Assembly: GCA_948466735.1 (NCBI GenBank)
Contig: CAOKBR010000001.1
Span: forward strand, 3,266 to 67,265
Length of the DNA stretch: 64,000 bases
Direction of reading: 5' to 3'
From: an uncultured Mycoplasmatota bacterium
GTDB taxonomy: Bacteria; Bacillota_I; Bacilli_A; RF39; UBA660
This document shows positions 61,734 to 64,000 of this stretch, in pieces (positions within the stretch are counted from its first letter, which is position 1; each line of letters starts with the position of its first letter). Below the pieces are notes generated by a model that was given only the letters and a program-made list of their open reading frames with translations, searched no databases and was not told where the DNA came from. The position numbers and the translations under genes are program-made.

Positions 61734-63638
61734 TTATACTCCATAATACTCATCTTCTAATGAGAATTCAACGTTTTCTTCAATCCATTCTTTTCTAGGT
61801 TCTACACTATCGCCCATTAAGACGCTAACTCGTTTTTCAGCAAGGAATGCATCATCGATATTTACTCTAATTAAGGTTCTAGTTTCAGGATTCATGGTCG
61901 TACTTGCTAATTGATCAGCATTCATTTCACCAAGTCCTTTGTAACGTTGGATTTCGCATTTTTTATTTCCTACAATTTCTTTCATTTCTTCGACACTATA
62001 GGCATACTTCACTTCTTTACCACTGGTAATTTTAAATAACGGTGGTAAGGCAATATATAACCTACCATCTTCAATTAAAGGACGCATGTAACGATAGAAA
62101 AAGGTAAGTAGTAAACACTGAATATGAGCTCCATCATCATCAGCATCGGTCATGATAATTACTTTACTATATTCTGCATCGTTAATATCAAAATTACTTC
62201 CCATTCCAGCCCCGATGGTATAGATCATCGTGTTAATTTCTTCATTTTTCATCATCTCATCAATTCGGGCTTTTTCGGTATTTAATACTTTACCTCGAAG
62301 TGGTAGAATCGCTTGGAATTTTCGGTCACGTCCTTGTTTAGCACTACCACCTGCTGAATCTCCTTCGACAATAAATAATTCTTTTTTGGTTTTATCTTTA
62401 GATTGTGCAGGAGTTAATTTTCCTGATAAAGCTCGCTCTTTTGGGTTTTTGCTTTTTCCTTTTCTTGCTTCTTCTCGTGCCTTTCTAGCTGCTTCTCGAG
62501 CCATTTTGCTACGTAGTGATTTCTCAACGATATCAGATGCTGTTTTTTTGTTTTCTTCTAGAAAAAATTGTAACTTTTCTCCCATGATGGCTTCTACGGC
62601 AGTTCTTGCTTGAGGAGTACCTAATTTGCCTTTAGTTTGTCCTTCAAATTGTAGTAAATTCTCTGGAATTTTTAAACTAATAATCGCCGTTAGTCCTTCT
62701 CTAACATCGCTTCCTTCAAAAGTTTTTTCTTTGCCCTTAATATAACCATTATTTTTAGCATAATCGTTAAATGCTCTAGTTAAAGCCGTTTTAAAACCTA
62801 CTTCATGACTTCCTCCATCAATCGTTTTTACATTATTCACGAAAGAGACAATGTTTTCTTGATAAGTATCGGTATACTGCATTGCAATATCTACTTGAAT
62901 TTTATCTTTCATCCCAGAAAAAGTTATCACTTTATGAAATGGTGTTTTTTCTTCGTTTAAGTATTCAACAAAAGCAACTAGTCCGTTCTCATAATAAAAT
63001 AAAGATTTTCTATCATCGGCTTCATCTACTACTTCGATGGTTAATCCTTGAATTAAGAAAGCTGACTCTTGCATTCGCTCACAAATGGTTGTATAAGAAA
63101 AATTAGTCGATGAGAAAATTTCAGGATCAGGCATAAAATGCACCGTTGTTCCTGTTTCTCTAGTTGAACCTATTTTCTTTAGGGGAATAGCAACGTGTCC
63201 TCCATTTTCAAAACGAATAAAGTACTCTTCCTTATCTTTTTTAATGGTTACTTCTACCCATTTACTTAAGGCATTAACTACACTTGCACCAACACCGTGT
63301 AGTCCTCCTGATACTTTATAACCAGACTCTTCAAATTTACCTCCAGCATGCAAAACCGTAAAAATAACTTCTGGCGTACTCTTACCAGAAGCATGCATTC
63401 CAACGGGAAGCCCGCGTCCTTTATCCATAACCGAGATACTTTTATCATGATGAATGGTAACTTTAATATAATCTCCAAAACCATTAATGGCTTCATCTAT
63501 TGAATTATCTACTATCTCCCACACTAGATGGTGTAATCCTCTTTTATCAGTAGATCCTATATACATACCAGGTCGTTTTCTAACGGCCTCTAGCCCTTCT
63601 AAAATCTTAATAGAATTTTCATCATATTTTAATGCCAT
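61734..63638 (-). CDS. parE: DNA topoisomerase IV subunit B
   Basis: The refined start gives 'MALKYDENSIKILEGLEAVRKRPGMYIG' after GGAG. GHKL ATPase and TOPRIM motifs are present ('EGDSAGG'). Confidence 0.85.
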   Translation of the reverse strand: MALKYDENSIKILEGLEAVRKRPGMYIGSTDKRGLHHLVWEIVDNSIDEAINGFGDYIKVTIHHDKSISVMDKGRGLPVGMHASGKSTPEVIFTVLHAGGKFEESGYKVSGGLHGVGASVVNALSKWVEVTIKKDKEEYFIRFENGGHVAIPLKKIGSTRETGTTVHFMPDPEIFSSTNFSYTTICERMQESAFLIQGLTIEVVDEADDRKSLFYYENGLVAFVEYLNEEKTPFHKVITFSGMKDKIQVDIAMQYTDTYQENIVSFVNNVKTIDGGSHEVGFKTALTRAFNDYAKNNGYIKGKEKTFEGSDVREGLTAIISLKIPENLLQFEGQTKGKLGTPQARTAVEAIMGEKLQFFLEENKKTASDIVEKSLRSKMAREAARKAREEARKGKSKNPKERALSGKLTPAQSKDKTKKELFIVEGDSAGGSAKQGRDRKFQAILPLRGKVLNTEKARIDEMMKNEEINTMIYTIGAGMGSNFDINDAEYSKVIIMTDADDDGAHIQCLLLTFFYRYMRPLIEDGRLYIALPPLFKITSGKEVKYAYSVEEMKEIVGNKKCEIQRYKGLGEMNADQLASTTMNPETRTLIRVNIDDAFLAEKRVSVLMGDSVEPRKEWIEENVEFSLEDEYYGV

Positions 63639-63945
63639 GCTATCAACTCCTACATCTTCTATAAGTATTATTATAACGAAAATTAAAAAAGCTTTCAATT
63701 AAAAGATGAAATATTTTTTTAATCTTTCCTGCTATTTTCCGTATCTACTTATATTATAGATAGAAAAAAAATATTTTTACATCAAAATTAAAAATATTTT
63801 TCACTTTTTTCATTTGTAAAAGTTTTTAATTTTAGATGAATATTATCTAAAAAGCAATCTATATTTCCTATTTTTTTTTAACCTTTTATCTACAAAATGA
63901 AAAATATTTGATAAAATAAAATAGAAGGAATGGAGGATAACAACA

Positions 63946-64000
63946 TGAAGACAATTTTAAATCATACCATGGCTAAATTAGAAGTAAAACACTCTATTTT
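63946..64000 (+). CDS. 5' end of an ORF running off the window
   Basis: The GGAGG RBS is followed by an ATG and the sequence 'MKTILNHTMAKLEVKHSI'. Confidence 0.3.

Noticed and set aside
58745-63698. Calling the topoisomerase pair gyrB/gyrA
   Set aside because: The A subunit carries 'KPVQRRILY' and 'MVRMSQSW', which are ParC-type, and has no GyrA-box. No dnaA/dnaN/recF context is present. The pair is therefore assigned as parE/parC, with moderate uncertainty for the B subunit.
58974-63702. Plus-strand ORFs overlapping parC/parE (58974..59168, 59385..59579, 60461..60658, 62230..62613, 62882..63106, 63487..63702) and minus-strand 63278..63496
   Set aside because: Antisense or out of frame relative to the well-supported topoisomerase IV genes.

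Overview
This is a 64-kb window from a very AT-rich (~28-30% GC) Firmicutes chromosome that uses the standard genetic code, since TGA acts as a stop. The gene order is Bacillus-like: ylbN(yceD)-rpmF, rpsO-pnp-ylxY-like, ylbD/ylbE/ylbF-like/rsmD, xerD-deoB and hrcA-grpE-dnaK-(pepF)-dnaJ. A spoIIGA-sigE operon and two CotY/CotZ-like cysteine-rich proteins point to an endospore former. Recognisable housekeeping genes are tdk, ppdK, folD, rpsO, pnp, rnhB, a tcdA-like gene, lexA-like, polA, mutM, deoB, xerD, rarA, dnaJ, pepF, dnaK, grpE, hrcA, rsmD, a phosphoketolase, parC and parE. The most notable accessory content is a compact type VIIb secretion locus at 37.8-45.9 kb. It holds an EssC ATPase, an EsaB/YukD-like protein, four small WXG100-type proteins and a 574-aa protein with a C-terminal GH73 glucosaminidase-like domain, but no recognisable EssA/EssB/EsaA. 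Other oddities include an XRE-HTH/ER-type signal peptidase fusion, a degraded HD-hydrolase gene, several small genes broken at homopolymer runs, and a structured GC-richer leader upstream of tcdA. Coordinates come from the ORF track where possible; sites I placed by hand are approximate to within a few nt.
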